In this document: positions 7,239 to 17,186 of the stretch, in pieces
Layout of the letters: the number at the start of each line of letters is the position of its first letter
How positions within the stretch are numbered: the first letter of the stretch is position 1
Assembly: GCA_046712485.1 (NCBI GenBank)
Contig: JBKKCW010000035.1
Span: 1-35,675 of the forward strand
DNA length: 35,675 nucleotides
Direction of reading: 5' to 3'
Origin: Candidatus Limnocylindrales bacterium
GTDB lineage: Bacteria > Chloroflexota > Limnocylindria > Limnocylindrales > CSP1-4
Translations under genes and position numbers: made by a program
Notes under the pieces: generated by a model
What the model saw: the letters and a program-made list of their open reading frames with translations, nothing else
Database searches by the model: none
What the model was told of the DNA's origin: nothing

Positions 7239-8255
7239 TCAGCGACTGACGGTAGCCACGAGCCGCGTAGCCTCGGCGAGCACGGACGGCCGGGCATCTG
7301 CCAGGGGCGCGGCGACCGTCGCCCCGGCGGCTCTCGCATGGCCACCACCCCCAAAACGTCCGGTCAGCACCGTGGCGTCCACGCCTCCCGGCCGGGTGCG
7401 GACGCTGATCCGGGTCTCCTTGGACCCGGTTTCCTTGAACAGGATGGCCACCTCGGCCGCCTCCGCTTGTGAGAGGAGGTCGATCAGACCCTCCGAGTGA
7501 GCGCGTTCGGCACCCGTCTCGGCGTAGTCCGCATCGAACACGCTCGACCAGACGATCCGGCCGTTGTCGGCACTCTCGAGCCGAGCGAGAATCCGCCCAA
7601 AGAGCTTGAGCTGGGCCTCGGGCTTCGACCGATAGAGACGGCGCGAGATGTCCGAGAGCGGTGCGCCGCCCTCGATCAGCCAGGCGGACACGGTCAACGT
7701 CCGGGGGGTCGAGTTGGGGTGCGCAAAGGTGGCGGTGTCCATCACGATCCCGGCCATCAGGTTCGTGGCGAGGTCAGCCGCGCAAGGGTCGACCCCGAGA
7801 CGGGCGGCGAGCAGGGCGACCATCTCGCACGTAGCCGCTGCGTGTGGCTCGATCCAGTCGGCTTCGCCCGCCGCATCGTTCGAGGCGTGGTGATCGATGA
7901 TGACCCGCGGGATCCGCTCGAACAGCTCGGCATGCCGAACACCGAGTGACCCGATCCGGTCGAGCGAACCGCAATCGACGATCACCGCGAGGTCATACGT
8001 CGCCCCTTGATCGGGATCGGGGCGGACACGCTCGACGCCGGGCATGAACGCGTAGACTGTTGGTACGGGGTCGGCGCACACCGGATCGGCCATGCCCCCC
8101 AGCGCTTCCACGAGCTGGACCACGCCGAGCGCCGCCCCCAGCGTGTCGGCGTCGGGGTTCTCATGGCTGACGGCAAGCACGCGACGAGCGCCGCGCAGAC
8201 GGGCGATGACCACCTCGGGCACCGCCGACAGATACGGCTCCAGATTGACTGTCAT
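7239..8255 (-). CDS. nrnA: DHH/DHHA1 phosphoesterase, NrnA-type nanoRNase/pAp phosphatase
   Basis: A 338-aa ORF. The DHH motifs are SHENPDADTLGAALG, VIVDCGS and IIDHHASN. The DHHA1 motif GGGGHARAAG lies near the C-terminus. Its position between rbfA and truB matches actinobacteria. Confidence 0.85.
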   Translation of the reverse strand: MTVNLEPYLSAVPEVVIARLRGARRVLAVSHENPDADTLGAALGVVQLVEALGGMADPVCADPVPTVYAFMPGVERVRPDPDQGATYDLAVIVDCGSLDRIGSLGVRHAELFERIPRVIIDHHASNDAAGEADWIEPHAAATCEMVALLAARLGVDPCAADLATNLMAGIVMDTATFAHPNSTPRTLTVSAWLIEGGAPLSDISRRLYRSKPEAQLKLFGRILARLESADNGRIVWSSVFDADYAETGAERAHSEGLIDLLSQAEAAEVAILFKETGSKETRISVRTRPGGVDATVLTGRFGGGGHARAAGATVAAPLADARPSVLAEATRLVATVSR

Positions 8256-8776
8256 CGGCCGGGGCGCTGACCGCCTCGGCCAGTCGCCGCCTCGGGACCC
8301 CTGCGACGGCGCCGCGGGCCAGGTTCGGGAACCCTCACCGCAGATGGCGGCTCGTCCGGAAGGTCTCCAGCGTGCGGGAGCCGGGCCACGGGCGTCGGGA
8401 GCGATTCGCCAGGTGGGGTGCTCGATTCGGGGATGACGCCGGCCTCCAGCTCGCTGAGCAGTTGGAGGACACGCGTGCCCCGTTCGGCGGTGTCGTCGAG
8501 ATGGACATGAAGATCCGGGATGCGCTTGATCCGCAGGCGCGTGCCGAGCTCGTGACGGACAAAGGGCATCGCCCGGCGCAACGCTGTCAAGGTGGCGTCA
8601 CGTTCTGCCGGCTGGCCGATGACGCTCACCCACACCTTGGCATGACGCAGATCCGGTGTCGTCTCCACGGACGTGATCGTGGCAAACCCGACCCGCGGAT
8701 CGCGCACGTCACGCGTAACGATCGACCCGATCTCCTGCCGCAGAAGCTCGTCCACACGCTCGGTACGTTGGGACAC
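8252..8776 (-). CDS. rbfA: Ribosome-binding factor A with a Pro/Arg-rich C-terminal extension
   Basis: The core is RTERVDELLRQEIGSIVTRDVRDPRVGFATITSVETTPDLRHAKVWVSV...MPFVRHELGTRLRIKRIPDLHVHLD. I prefer the GTG at 8776, 2 nt after the infB stop. The track start at 8821 (also GTG) would overlap infB by 43 nt. The stop overlaps the nrnA ATG (ATGA). Confidence 0.88.
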   Translation of the reverse strand: MSQRTERVDELLRQEIGSIVTRDVRDPRVGFATITSVETTPDLRHAKVWVSVIGQPAERDATLTALRRAMPFVRHELGTRLRIKRIPDLHVHLDDTAERGTRVLQLLSELEAGVIPESSTPPGESLPTPVARLPHAGDLPDEPPSAVRVPEPGPRRRRRGPEAATGRGGQRPGR

Positions 8777-8778
8777 GG

Positions 8779-10683
8779 TCAGCCGGCCGCTACCCTGCTG
8801 ACGGTCTGCGACGTGAAGCACTCGATGACGTCGCCCTCCTCCAGGTCATGGAAGTTGGCCAATCCAATGCCGCACTCGTAGTTCGTCGCGACCTCGCGAA
8901 CGTCATCACGAAACCGTCGGAGTGATTCGATGCGGTCCGTGGCGACGACCTTTCCGCCGCGCCAGACACGGGCATTCCCGCGGACGATGCGACCGTCGGT
9001 CACGAACGAACCGGCGATGACCGTGCTCTTGCCGACCCGGAAGATCTGGCGGACCTCCGCGCGACCTTCCACGACTTCCACGACCTCCGGCTCGAGCAGA
9101 CCCTTGAGGGCCGCCCCGATGTCATCGGTCAGCTTGTAGATGATGTCGTAGAGGCGGACGTCCCCTCCTTCCGCCTCGGCGGCTCGACGGGCGGTCTCGG
9201 TGATCTTCGTGTTGAACCCGACCACGATCGCGTTCGATGCCGTCGCCAGCATGATGTCGTTGTCGGTGATGTCGCCAGCGCCCTCATGGAGGACGTTGAG
9301 GCGGATCTCCTCCTGGTCGAGCTGCTCGAGGGCGTGGGTGATCGCGCCGAGCGAGCCGGACACGTCCGACTTGAGGATGACCCGCAGCTCCTTTGCCTGG
9401 CCGGCCTGGATCTGCGAGTAGAGATCCTCGAGCGTCGCGCGGCCACTGCCCTCCCCGCCCTTGGCGGCCGTGGCAGCCTTGCGGCCTTCGACCATCGCGC
9501 GGGCTTCCTTGTCGTCGCCCACGACGCGCAGGATGTCGCCGGCGGCAGGGACCTCGGCGAGACCGAGCACGACGACCGCGCTCGACGGGCCCGCCTTGGC
9601 GACCCGCTTGCCCTTGTCGTTCTCGAGCGCCCGGACGCGGCCGAACGTCTCGCCGACGACGATGATGTCGCCCACCTTGAGCGTGCCCGTCTGGACGAGC
9701 GCAGTCGCGACCGGGCCCCGCCCCTTGTCGAGCTCGGCCTCCACGATGGTGCCGACAGCCGGCCGCTTCGGGTTTGCCTTCAGCTCCTGGAGGTCGGCGA
9801 CAAGCAGGATCATCTCGAGCAGCTCATCGAGACCAAGTCGGGTCTTGGCGGACACCGGCACGAGCGGCACCTCACCGCCGAATTCCTCGACAACGATGCC
9901 GGCTTCCGTGAGTTCGGTCTTGACGCGATCCGGGTTGGCATCGGGCTTGTCGATCTTGTTGAGAGCGATCACGATCGGTACCTTGGCCGCCTTTGCGTGG
10001 CTGATCGCCTCGAGCGTCTGGGGCATGACGCCGTCGTCTGCCGCGACAACGACGACGGCGATGTCCGTGACGCGCGCACCGCGGGCACGCATCGCCGTGA
10101 AGGCCTCGTGACCCGGCGTATCGAGGAACACGACGCGCTTGCCGTCCTTGGTCACCTCGCTCGCGCCGATGTGCTGGGTGATCCCACCACGCTCGGCGGC
10201 CGCGACTTCCGTCGTCCGGATCGCGTCGAGAAGGCTCGTCTTGCCGTGGTCGACGTGGCCCATGACGGTCACGATCGGGGCTCGCGGCTGGAGATCGGCC
10301 GCGTCGTCCTCCTCGAACAGGACCTCCTTCGTCGCCTCGGCGACGGGACTCTCGGCTTCACCGTCCGTGCCGTTCGCGGACGCCACGTCCGCCTCCGCGA
10401 CCTCATAGCCGAGCTCGCCGGCGACAAGGGACGCCGTGTCGCGATCGACGAGCTGGTTGATCGTCGCGAAGATCCCGCTCTTGATGAGCTCTCGGATGAT
10501 GTCCGCGGGGTTCACGCCCAGGAGCTCGGCCAGCTCCTTGACGGTGATGGTGCCGGGCAGCTCGATCGCGCCGCGCTCGCGCGGGTCGGCTACCTGGACG
10601 CTGCCGCTGGCAAACGCGCCGTCTCGACGCGGTGGCTTGCGGGGCCCGCGCCGGCCGCGCGTGCCGCTCCTACTCCTGGCCAC
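8779..10683 (-). CDS. infB: Translation initiation factor IF-2 (short N-terminal form)
   Basis: A 634-aa ORF. It has the G-domain motifs [23 protein letters not shown] and NKID. The GTG start is preceded by GAAGGAGGAGCCC. Confidence 0.97.
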   Translation of the reverse strand: MARSRSGTRGRRGPRKPPRRDGAFASGSVQVADPRERGAIELPGTITVKELAELLGVNPADIIRELIKSGIFATINQLVDRDTASLVAGELGYEVAEADVASANGTDGEAESPVAEATKEVLFEEDDAADLQPRAPIVTVMGHVDHGKTSLLDAIRTTEVAAAERGGITQHIGASEVTKDGKRVVFLDTPGHEAFTAMRARGARVTDIAVVVVAADDGVMPQTLEAISHAKAAKVPIVIALNKIDKPDANPDRVKTELTEAGIVVEEFGGEVPLVPVSAKTRLGLDELLEMILLVADLQELKANPKRPAVGTIVEAELDKGRGPVATALVQTGTLKVGDIIVVGETFGRVRALENDKGKRVAKAGPSSAVVVLGLAEVPAAGDILRVVGDDKEARAMVEGRKAATAAKGGEGSGRATLEDLYSQIQAGQAKELRVILKSDVSGSLGAITHALEQLDQEEIRLNVLHEGAGDITDNDIMLATASNAIVVGFNTKITETARRAAEAEGGDVRLYDIIYKLTDDIGAALKGLLEPEVVEVVEGRAEVRQIFRVGKSTVIAGSFVTDGRIVRGNARVWRGGKVVATDRIESLRRFRDDVREVATNYECGIGLANFHDLEEGDVIECFTSQTVSRVAAG

Positions 10684-10864
10684 GGGCTCCTCCTTCGGTC
10701 GTTGTGATCAATGGTTCCGCGATCCCGGCGACGAGCGTCTCGCGCAGGCCCTCCGGCAGCGAGGTCTTCAGCGCTCGGCCGAGACCGCCCTTCTTGATGG
10801 CGATGTCGACACATTCTGCGGTCCGGCACACGTAGGCGCCGCGACCGGCGGCACGACCGCTCAA
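10670..10864 (-). CDS. ylxR: YlxR/DUF448 family protein (RnpM-like). This is the minimal ORF from the first canonical start; homology continues upstream
   Basis: The ORF contains GRGAYVC...CVDIAIKKGGLGRALK. The same frame upstream (10865..~10960) encodes PSRSCVACRTVRPKRELVRVVRDPAGAVAID, the conserved YlxR N-terminus. There is no in-frame ATG, GTG or TTG between the stop at 11387-11389 and the TTG at 10864. Confidence 0.7.
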   Translation of the reverse strand: MSGRAAGRGAYVCRTAECVDIAIKKGGLGRALKTSLPEGLRETLVAGIAEPLITTTEGGARGQE

Positions 10865-10992
10865 GTCGATCGCAACCGCGCCCGCGGGGTCGCGAACGAC
10901 GCGGACGAGCTCTCGTTTCGGACGAACCGTTCGGCAGGCGACGCACGAGCGGCTGGGGACGCGCCGCGGGGCGACGGGCCGGACCGCCCGGG

Positions 10993-12408
10993 CTACGACG
11001 CCACCTCCTCGGCGGCTGCCTTGGTCGCGACCTTGCGGGTGCGCTTTGCCTTGGCCGGTTCGGCCGCCTCGGCTGGCGGCTTCGCCTCCGAGGCGGTCTT
11101 CGATCTCTTGCTGGCGGCGCGTTTCGGCTTCGCCGTCTCGACGGGCACGGCTTCGGCGGCTGCATCGATCGCGTCGGGTCTCTCGACGTCGACAGCGGCC
11201 GGGTTCTTCCTGGTGCGTTTGGGCTTGGCCTCCTCGATGGCGTTCCCGAGCGCGCCGGCAGGCGTTTCGGCGACCGTCGCGAGGTCGGCGGGCGCGGTCG
11301 ATGCCGGTACGAGCGCCGCATCGGGCGCTGGGGCAACAGCAGTGGATTCGGCATCGGCGGCGGCCCTGGCCTCGGCCACGGAGACGTCACTTCGGATGTC
11401 GATCCGCCAGCCGGTCAGGCGAGCGGCCAGCCGGGCGTTCTGGCCCTCGCGACCGATGGCAAGCGACAACATCCGCTCGGGGACGGTCACGCTGGCGATC
11501 CGGTGCTCCTCGTCGATGTCGACCGAGATGACCTGCGCTGGGCTCAACGCATTGGCCACAAAGACCGCGGGATCGTCGCTCCAGGGGATGACGTCGATCT
11601 TCTCCCCCGACAGCTCGGCCACCACCGCCTGGACCCGCGCCCCACGCTGTCCGACGGTCGCGCCGACAGGGTCGAGTCCGTCCTGCCGCGACGCAACCGC
11701 GATCTTGGAGCGGCTGCCGGCTTCACGCGCGATCGCCTTGATCTCGACCGTGCCGCTATGGATCTCGGGGACCTCGAGCTCGAACAGGCGCTTGAGAAAA
11801 CCCTTGTGGGTGCGGCTGACGAAGATCTGCGGTCCCCTGGTCGAGCGCCGGACCTCGAGCACGAACGCCTTGACGTTCTGCCCGATGCGATAGTGCTCGA
11901 GGGCGGACTGTTCGGTCGTGGCGAGGATCGCTTCGACGTTCTTGCCGACGTCGAGGATGATGGCTCGCGGCTCCACCCGATTGACGGTGCCGTTCATCAG
12001 CTCGCCCTCGCGGCTTGCGAACTGGTCAAAGACCTGGTCGCGTTCGACCTCGCGAATGCGCTGGAGGACGATCTGCTTTGCCGTCTGTGCGCCGATCCGA
12101 CCGAACACGTCGCCGTCGAGCTGCTCGGTCTCGACAAGGTCGCCGACGCCCGCCCCCGGGTCGATGGCCTTGGCCTGGTCGACGGTCATCTCCGTGAATT
12201 CGTCCTCGATCTCGCCGACGACGCGGCGTGCGCGAAAGACGCGGATCTTGCCGGTCTCGGCATCGATCCGGACATGGATGTCCTCATCACCGGCCACGCG
12301 CCGATACGCCGACTGGATGCCGTCCTCGACCGCCCCGATCAGCTGCTCGCGCGAGATCTGCTTTTCAGCGTTGAGTTGCAGGAGGGCACCGACGAAGTCA
12401 CGACTCAC
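10993..12408 (-). CDS. nusA: Transcription termination/antitermination factor NusA with an Ala/Pro/Lys-rich tail
   Basis: A 471-aa ORF with a GTG start 5 nt after GGAGG. It contains the N-terminal domain, an S1 domain (GELMNGTVNRVEPRAIILDVG) and two KH domains (RSKIAVAS..GLDPVGATVGQRGARVQ; AIGREGQNARLAARLTGWRIDI). A 128-aa low-complexity tail follows. Confidence 0.97.
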   Translation of the reverse strand: MSRDFVGALLQLNAEKQISREQLIGAVEDGIQSAYRRVAGDEDIHVRIDAETGKIRVFRARRVVGEIEDEFTEMTVDQAKAIDPGAGVGDLVETEQLDGDVFGRIGAQTAKQIVLQRIREVERDQVFDQFASREGELMNGTVNRVEPRAIILDVGKNVEAILATTEQSALEHYRIGQNVKAFVLEVRRSTRGPQIFVSRTHKGFLKRLFELEVPEIHSGTVEIKAIAREAGSRSKIAVASRQDGLDPVGATVGQRGARVQAVVAELSGEKIDVIPWSDDPAVFVANALSPAQVISVDIDEEHRIASVTVPERMLSLAIGREGQNARLAARLTGWRIDIRSDVSVAEARAAADAESTAVAPAPDAALVPASTAPADLATVAETPAGALGNAIEEAKPKRTRKNPAAVDVERPDAIDAAAEAVPVETAKPKRAASKRSKTASEAKPPAEAAEPAKAKRTRKVATKAAAEEVAS

Positions 12409-12451
12409 GATGGCCTCCGTTCCGTGAGTGCAGTTCGTATTTAGGGCCGCT

Positions 12452-12480
12452 CAAAAAAGAAACGTGGGGGTCACCCACGT
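12452..12480 (-). terminator. Intrinsic terminator in the nusA leader
   Basis: The minus strand reads ACGTGGG-TGACC-CCCACGT (7-bp stem, 5-nt loop) followed directly by TTCTTTTTTG. Its U-tract ends 44 nt upstream of the nusA GTG and it begins 266 nt downstream of the ispG stop. Confidence 0.6.
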
Positions 12481-12506
12481 AGCGGAGCGGCCGTTCAGTT
12501 GGGCGA

Positions 12507-12535
12507 AGTATACACCCGGACGCGTGGACGCTCAA
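12507..12535 (-). promoter_or_regulatory. Candidate sigma-70-type promoter upstream of the nusA leader terminator
   Basis: The minus strand reads TTGAGC, then exactly 17 nt, then TATACT. The predicted transcription start is about 20 nt upstream of the terminator hairpin. Confidence 0.4.
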
Positions 12536-12745
12536 CGGGTGACGCTGGCTGGCCCGCCCGGACGTCGCGCCGGGCGACCTCCATTCACGCGGGTCGTCCC
12601 AATCCTGAAATTTGTCGCTCTGGTGACCGTTGGGCTGTTTTCTGGCTGTCAACGCACCCATCGGACAACCCGCCGACCTCAGGGGCGAGCGTGCAAGCGG
12701 AACACGATCATCGCGCTCGGCGTGGTGGCCCTGCTGGTTGCGGCA

Positions 12746-14011
12746 TCACGTTACTGGTGCAGCTGCTTCGCTAGCGGCACTGGCAGCGGGGTACTTGCGC
12801 GCGACGTAGTCCTCCAGCAGCTCAATGAACTCGGCGACGAGGCCGTCGCCGCGCAGGGTCCGATCGAGGCGGCCGTCGATGAACACCGGGGCGACCGGCT
12901 CCTCGAACGTGCCGGGCAGGCTGATCCCGATGTCCGCGTGTTTCGACTCACCCGGGCCGTTTACCACGCAGCCCATGACCGCAACGCGCAGCTCCTCAGC
13001 GCCCGGATGTGCTTCGCGCCACTCGGGCATGCGCTCCTTGAGATACGCCTGGATCTGTTGGGCCATCTCCTGGAAGAACGTGGACGTCGTGCGGCCACAG
13101 CCGGGGCAGGCGCTGACCTGTGGCAGGAACGAGCGCAGACCCATCGACTGGAGCACCTGCTGGGCGACCTCGACCTCGCGTTCGCGCGGTGCGCCAGGAT
13201 CTGGTGTCAGCGACACGCGGATGGTGTCGCCGATCCCCTCGTTGAGCAGGATCGCGAGACCCGCCGTGGAGGCAACGATCCCCTTGTCGCCCATGCCTGC
13301 CTCGGTCAGACCGAGGTGGAGCGGGTAGTCACTCCGCGCGGCGAGCAGCCGGTAGACGTCAACGAGGTCGCGCACGCCCGACACCTTGGCCGACAGGATG
13401 ATCCGATCGTGCCCGAGCCCGGTCTCCTCGGCCAGCTCGGCCGAGCGCATCGCCGACTCGAGCATCGCGTCGATCATCACGTCCCGCGCGTCGCGAGGCT
13501 CCGGGGACCGGGCGTTGGCATCCATCAGCTCGGTCAGGATGGCCTCGTCGAGCGAGCCCCAGTTCACGCCGATCCGCACCGGCACGTCGTTGGCGATCGC
13601 GATCCGGACGATCGTCGCGAAGTGCTCGTCGTGTCGCTTCGCGCCGACATTTCCCGGATTGATCCGGTACTTCGCCAGAGCCGCGGCGGTTTCCGGGTAG
13701 TCCACGAGAAGCTTGTGCCCGTTGTAGTGGAAATCGCCGATGATCGGGACGTCCACGCCCAGGCCACGCACCTTGCGGACCATCTCGGGCACCGCGGCCG
13801 CCGCCGCCTCCGTGTTGACGGTCACGCGCACAAGCTGTGAGCCCGCGTGGGCGAGCCGCGCGACCTGGATCGCGGTCGCGTCCGCGTCCGCGGTGTCCGT
13901 GTTGGTCATCGACTGGACGACGATCGGGTGGGCGCTCCCGACAAGGACACCCCCGACATCGACGCTGACCGTGGGACGCCGCCGCGGACGGAGGGCCTCC
14001 TGCCCGCTCAC
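12746..14011 (-). CDS. ispG: 4-hydroxy-3-methylbut-2-en-1-yl diphosphate synthase (IspG/GcpE)
   Basis: A 421-aa ORF. Motifs: [30 protein letters not shown], and the C-terminal Cys cluster ACPGCGRT...GCVVNGPGE. The GTG start overlaps the rseP stop (GTGA). Confidence 0.97.
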   Translation of the reverse strand: MSGQEALRPRRRPTVSVDVGGVLVGSAHPIVVQSMTNTDTADADATAIQVARLAHAGSQLVRVTVNTEAAAAAVPEMVRKVRGLGVDVPIIGDFHYNGHKLLVDYPETAAALAKYRINPGNVGAKRHDEHFATIVRIAIANDVPVRIGVNWGSLDEAILTELMDANARSPEPRDARDVMIDAMLESAMRSAELAEETGLGHDRIILSAKVSGVRDLVDVYRLLAARSDYPLHLGLTEAGMGDKGIVASTAGLAILLNEGIGDTIRVSLTPDPGAPREREVEVAQQVLQSMGLRSFLPQVSACPGCGRTTSTFFQEMAQQIQAYLKERMPEWREAHPGAEELRVAVMGCVVNGPGESKHADIGISLPGTFEEPVAPVFIDGRLDRTLRGDGLVAEFIELLEDYVARKYPAASAASEAAAPVT

Positions 14012-15123
14012 GACCCGGCGCCACCGAGGCTGCGGATGATGTCGAAGCCGGTGACCCAGATGAGGAACACGAACAGGAAGACGAAACCGACCAGGTAGGT
14101 CAGCCGCTCGGCCCGCAGGCTGATCCGGGCTCCGAACAGGCGCTTGAGCGTGATGACAAGCATCCGTCCGCCATCGAGCGGCGGGAACGGCAGGATGTTG
14201 ACGAGGGCGAGGTTGGCCGACAGGATGCCCGCGACGTAGAGCGTCAGGATCGGGCCCGCGTTCCAGAAGATGTCGCCGATCTGGGTGGCGATGCCGACCG
14301 GTCCCGCGACGGGCGGCGCGGCGGTCGGATCGGCGGCGAACGAGCCAACGAGCGCCCCGAGGCCATTGAGGATGAGCCCGAGGGCGCGCCCGGTCTCGCC
14401 AACGCCGATCGCGACGGCCGCTGGCAGGTCGCGCCCCGTGTACTCACCGGAGAAATAGGCCTCGAATGGGGCCGCCTCGGACGAGACGATCCCGAGCGCG
14501 CCTTGTCGTTCGTTGATCTGCTCGGGTGGCCGGAGGGTGACGGGGACGTCGGCGCGCGATCCGTCGGCGCGATCGATTGTCAGGACGACCCGGTCCCCTG
14601 CCCGGCCGCGCAATCCGTCGAGCACGTTCTCGTTGCCGTAGAACTCGTAGCGCGCCCCGTCCACGGCGACGATCGCGTCCCCGCCGACAAGCCCGGCAAC
14701 CTCGGCCGGTGATCCGGCCTGCACCTCGTGGAACCGAACACCGACATACGGGGTTGCCAGCCACGCGATGCTCGTGAAGATCGCGAAGGCCAGGACCACG
14801 TTCATCACGACCCCCGCGACGAGGATCACGAGCTTGGTGAGGAGACCCTGCGAGGCGAACGATCGCGGGTCGTCCGTGCCATTGCCGTCCTCGCCCTCGA
14901 GCTTGACGAACCCACCGATCGGCAGCCAGTTGAGCGTGTAGAGCGTCTCGCCCTTCGCGCGCAGGACCTTGGCCCGGGGCGGGAACCCGATACCGAACTC
15001 GAGCACACGAACCCTTGCCAGCCTCGCAGTCACGAAGTGGCCGAGCTCGTGGATCACCACGAGCGCGCCCAGGATCAGGACGAACAGGACGATCGTGATC
15101 GCCGACTGGATCAGCGCAGTCAT
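14008..15123 (-). CDS. rseP: Site-2 (M50) zinc metalloprotease, RseP/Rip1-like, with a PDZ domain
   Basis: A 371-aa ORF. It has the HExxH motif in a transmembrane segment ([12 protein letters not shown]), a central PDZ-like segment ([20 protein letters not shown]), and the C-terminal [11 protein letters not shown]-type motif ([13 protein letters not shown]). Confidence 0.9.
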   Translation of the reverse strand: MTALIQSAITIVLFVLILGALVVIHELGHFVTARLARVRVLEFGIGFPPRAKVLRAKGETLYTLNWLPIGGFVKLEGEDGNGTDDPRSFASQGLLTKLVILVAGVVMNVVLAFAIFTSIAWLATPYVGVRFHEVQAGSPAEVAGLVGGDAIVAVDGARYEFYGNENVLDGLRGRAGDRVVLTIDRADGSRADVPVTLRPPEQINERQGALGIVSSEAAPFEAYFSGEYTGRDLPAAVAIGVGETGRALGLILNGLGALVGSFAADPTAAPPVAGPVGIATQIGDIFWNAGPILTLYVAGILSANLALVNILPFPPLDGGRMLVITLKRLFGARISLRAERLTYLVGFVFLFVFLIWVTGFDIIRSLGGAGS

Positions 15124-16340
15124 GCCGTACCCGGCAGCGGTCCGCTCGAATAGACAGCGCGGATCTCTCGATCGAGCTCCACGAGCTCGTCCACGCCGGG
15201 GGCGTCGGAGCCCGCGCCAAAGCGCGCCACGGCATCCTCGAGCAGACGCGGAATGCCCAAGAAGTCGAGGCTCCTGCCCAGGAACCGTGCCACTGCGACC
15301 TCGTCGGCAACGATCAGCGCGGCCGACGCCCGCGGACCCATGCGCCCTGCCTCCCGCGCGATGCGCAACGCGGGAAAGCGCGTCTCGTCGGGCGCGCGGA
15401 ACTCGAACCGCCCGGTCCCGATCAGATCGGGCGCGGTGGCGGGCGACGGACGACGTTCTGGGTAGGTCAACGCGTACTGGATCGGGAGTCGCATGTCCGG
15501 GGTGCCCAGCTGGGCCTTGAGGGAGCCGTCGATGAAGCGGACGGCGGAGTGGACGACGCTCTGCGGATGGATCATCACCTCGATCGCGTCGTAGTCGACA
15601 TCGTACAGCCAGTGCGCCTCGATCACCTCCAGGCCCTTGTTTGCAAGGGTCGCCGAGTCGACCGTGATCTTGACACCCATCGTCCAGGTTGGGTGGCGCA
15701 GCGCCTGTTGGGGGGTGACCTCCGCGAGATCCACAGGTTCATCGAGGAACGGACCGCCCGATGCGGTCAGGATCAGGGCCTCGACCGAGGCCATCTTCTC
15801 CCCGACGAGACACTGCCAGATCGCCGAGTGCTCGGAATCGATCGGGCGGAGCCACGCCAGCGGGCTGGCGTACGGGTCACGCGGGTCGTCCGCCCCTCGC
15901 ACGGCCGCGAGCGAACGCGCGAGGGGCATGACAAGGTGTCCGCCAGCGACGAGCGTCTCCTTGTTGGCTGTCGCCACCACCTTGCCTGCCGCCAGGGCAG
16001 CGATGACGGGGCGGAGGCTGACCAGCCCGCCGGTGGCCACGACGACCAGGTCCACGTCGTCCCGCGTGGCGAGCGTCTCGAGCGCATCGATGCCCGCTAC
16101 CCGCACCGTCCCAGCCGGAAGTTCGAGCTCGGCCGATGCTGTCTCGTCGCCGACGGCGACCGCCGCGGGCCGCAGCAACGCTGCCTGTTCGGCGAGGAGG
16201 CGCGCGTTCGAACCTGTCGCCAGGGCGGTGACCCGGAACAGGTCGGCATGCGAGACGAGCACGTCCACGGCCTGCCGCCCGATGGACCCGGTCGACCCGA
16301 GCAGCGCGACGCGGCGCGGGCCATCGCGGTAATCGCGCAC
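15120..16340 (-). CDS. dxr: 1-deoxy-D-xylulose 5-phosphate reductoisomerase
   Basis: A 406-aa ORF. Motifs: LLGSTGSIGRQAVDV, ANKETLV, PIDSEHSAIWQC and HPTWTMG. Confidence 0.97.
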   Translation of the reverse strand: MRDYRDGPRRVALLGSTGSIGRQAVDVLVSHADLFRVTALATGSNARLLAEQAALLRPAAVAVGDETASAELELPAGTVRVAGIDALETLATRDDVDLVVVATGGLVSLRPVIAALAAGKVVATANKETLVAGGHLVMPLARSLAAVRGADDPRDPYASPLAWLRPIDSEHSAIWQCLVGEKMASVEALILTASGGPFLDEPVDLAEVTPQQALRHPTWTMGVKITVDSATLANKGLEVIEAHWLYDVDYDAIEVMIHPQSVVHSAVRFIDGSLKAQLGTPDMRLPIQYALTYPERRPSPATAPDLIGTGRFEFRAPDETRFPALRIAREAGRMGPRASAALIVADEVAVARFLGRSLDFLGIPRLLEDAVARFGAGSDAPGVDELVELDREIRAVYSSGPLPGTA

Positions 16341-16341
16341 G

Positions 16342-17169
16342 TCAGCCGATCACGGCGACGACATACAGCGTCACGACGGGCGCCGCAAACAGGAACGAAT
16401 CCACGCGGTCGAGCATGCCCCCGTGTCCCGGGATCAGCGTTCCCGAATCGCTCACCCCGGCCGCCCGCTTGAGCATCGACTCGGCAAGATCGCCGACCTG
16501 GGCCGCGAGCGCCGCGAGGGGTCCGAGCGCGAGGGCGTGGACCGGCTGCTGCCCAAGCGCCCAGAGCACGAGCCCCACGACGACGGTCGTAACCGCTACG
16601 CCGCCGATGAGGCCTTCGATCGTCTTCGAGGGCGAGATGTGGGTCAGGAAGCGCGTCCGCCCCAAGTTCTTGCCGACAAGGTAGGCACCGGTGTCGTAGG
16701 ACCAGACCGCGAGGATCAGCAGCAGTATCCACCCACGCTCGGCACCGAGCCAGACCGCGGGCGCGGTATCGGGGATCGCGGGGGCGACATGACCCAGCCG
16801 AAGGACGAATGACAGCAGCGAGACGTACAGGGCGCCGAACATCGTCGAGATCCAGGTCGCCAGTCCGTCGTGTGGGTCATGACGCGTAAATGACGCCACC
16901 GCCACGACGACGAACCCAATGGACCCGAGGAGCAGGCCGCTACCCTCGAGCACCTCCGGGAATGCCGCATCGAGAACGATCGCGAGCGCGAGCGCGGTAC
17001 CGAGGGCGGGCAGCGGCGGATACCCCGACGCCCCCAACAGCCGGAAGACCTCGACAGCCGCGAGGATGGTGGCCAGCGTCACCGCGACAACCAGGACCGG
17101 GCCGCCGGTGGCCAGCACGACGAGCAGGACGGGCACGAGCACCGCCGCGCCGATCGCGCGTTGTCGCAT
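16342..17169 (-). CDS. cdsA: Phosphatidate cytidylyltransferase
   Basis: A 275-aa polytopic membrane ORF. The C-terminal CTP-transferase signature is [12 protein letters not shown]...[35 protein letters not shown]. Confidence 0.92.
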   Translation of the reverse strand: MRQRAIGAAVLVPVLLVVLATGGPVLVVAVTLATILAAVEVFRLLGASGYPPLPALGTALALAIVLDAAFPEVLEGSGLLLGSIGFVVVAVASFTRHDPHDGLATWISTMFGALYVSLLSFVLRLGHVAPAIPDTAPAVWLGAERGWILLLILAVWSYDTGAYLVGKNLGRTRFLTHISPSKTIEGLIGGVAVTTVVVGLVLWALGQQPVHALALGPLAALAAQVGDLAESMLKRAAGVSDSGTLIPGHGGMLDRVDSFLFAAPVVTLYVVAVIG

Positions 17170-17186
17170 GGGCTGGTCCGAACCGC

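Noticed and set aside
12398-12661. An 87-aa minus-strand ORF in the position where rimP would be expected.
   Set aside because: It has no RimP similarity. It reads straight through the intrinsic terminator and into the nusA start region, and its composition is not protein-like.
12590-12745. A lipoprotein-like signal peptide and hydrophobic segments ([30 protein letters not shown]) in a plus-strand frame of the ispG-nusA spacer.
   Set aside because: There is no start codon near it. The frame has no stop until 13840 (it is the antisense shadow of ispG). Codon third positions are atypically A/T-rich for this genome, which is consistent with non-coding leader DNA.
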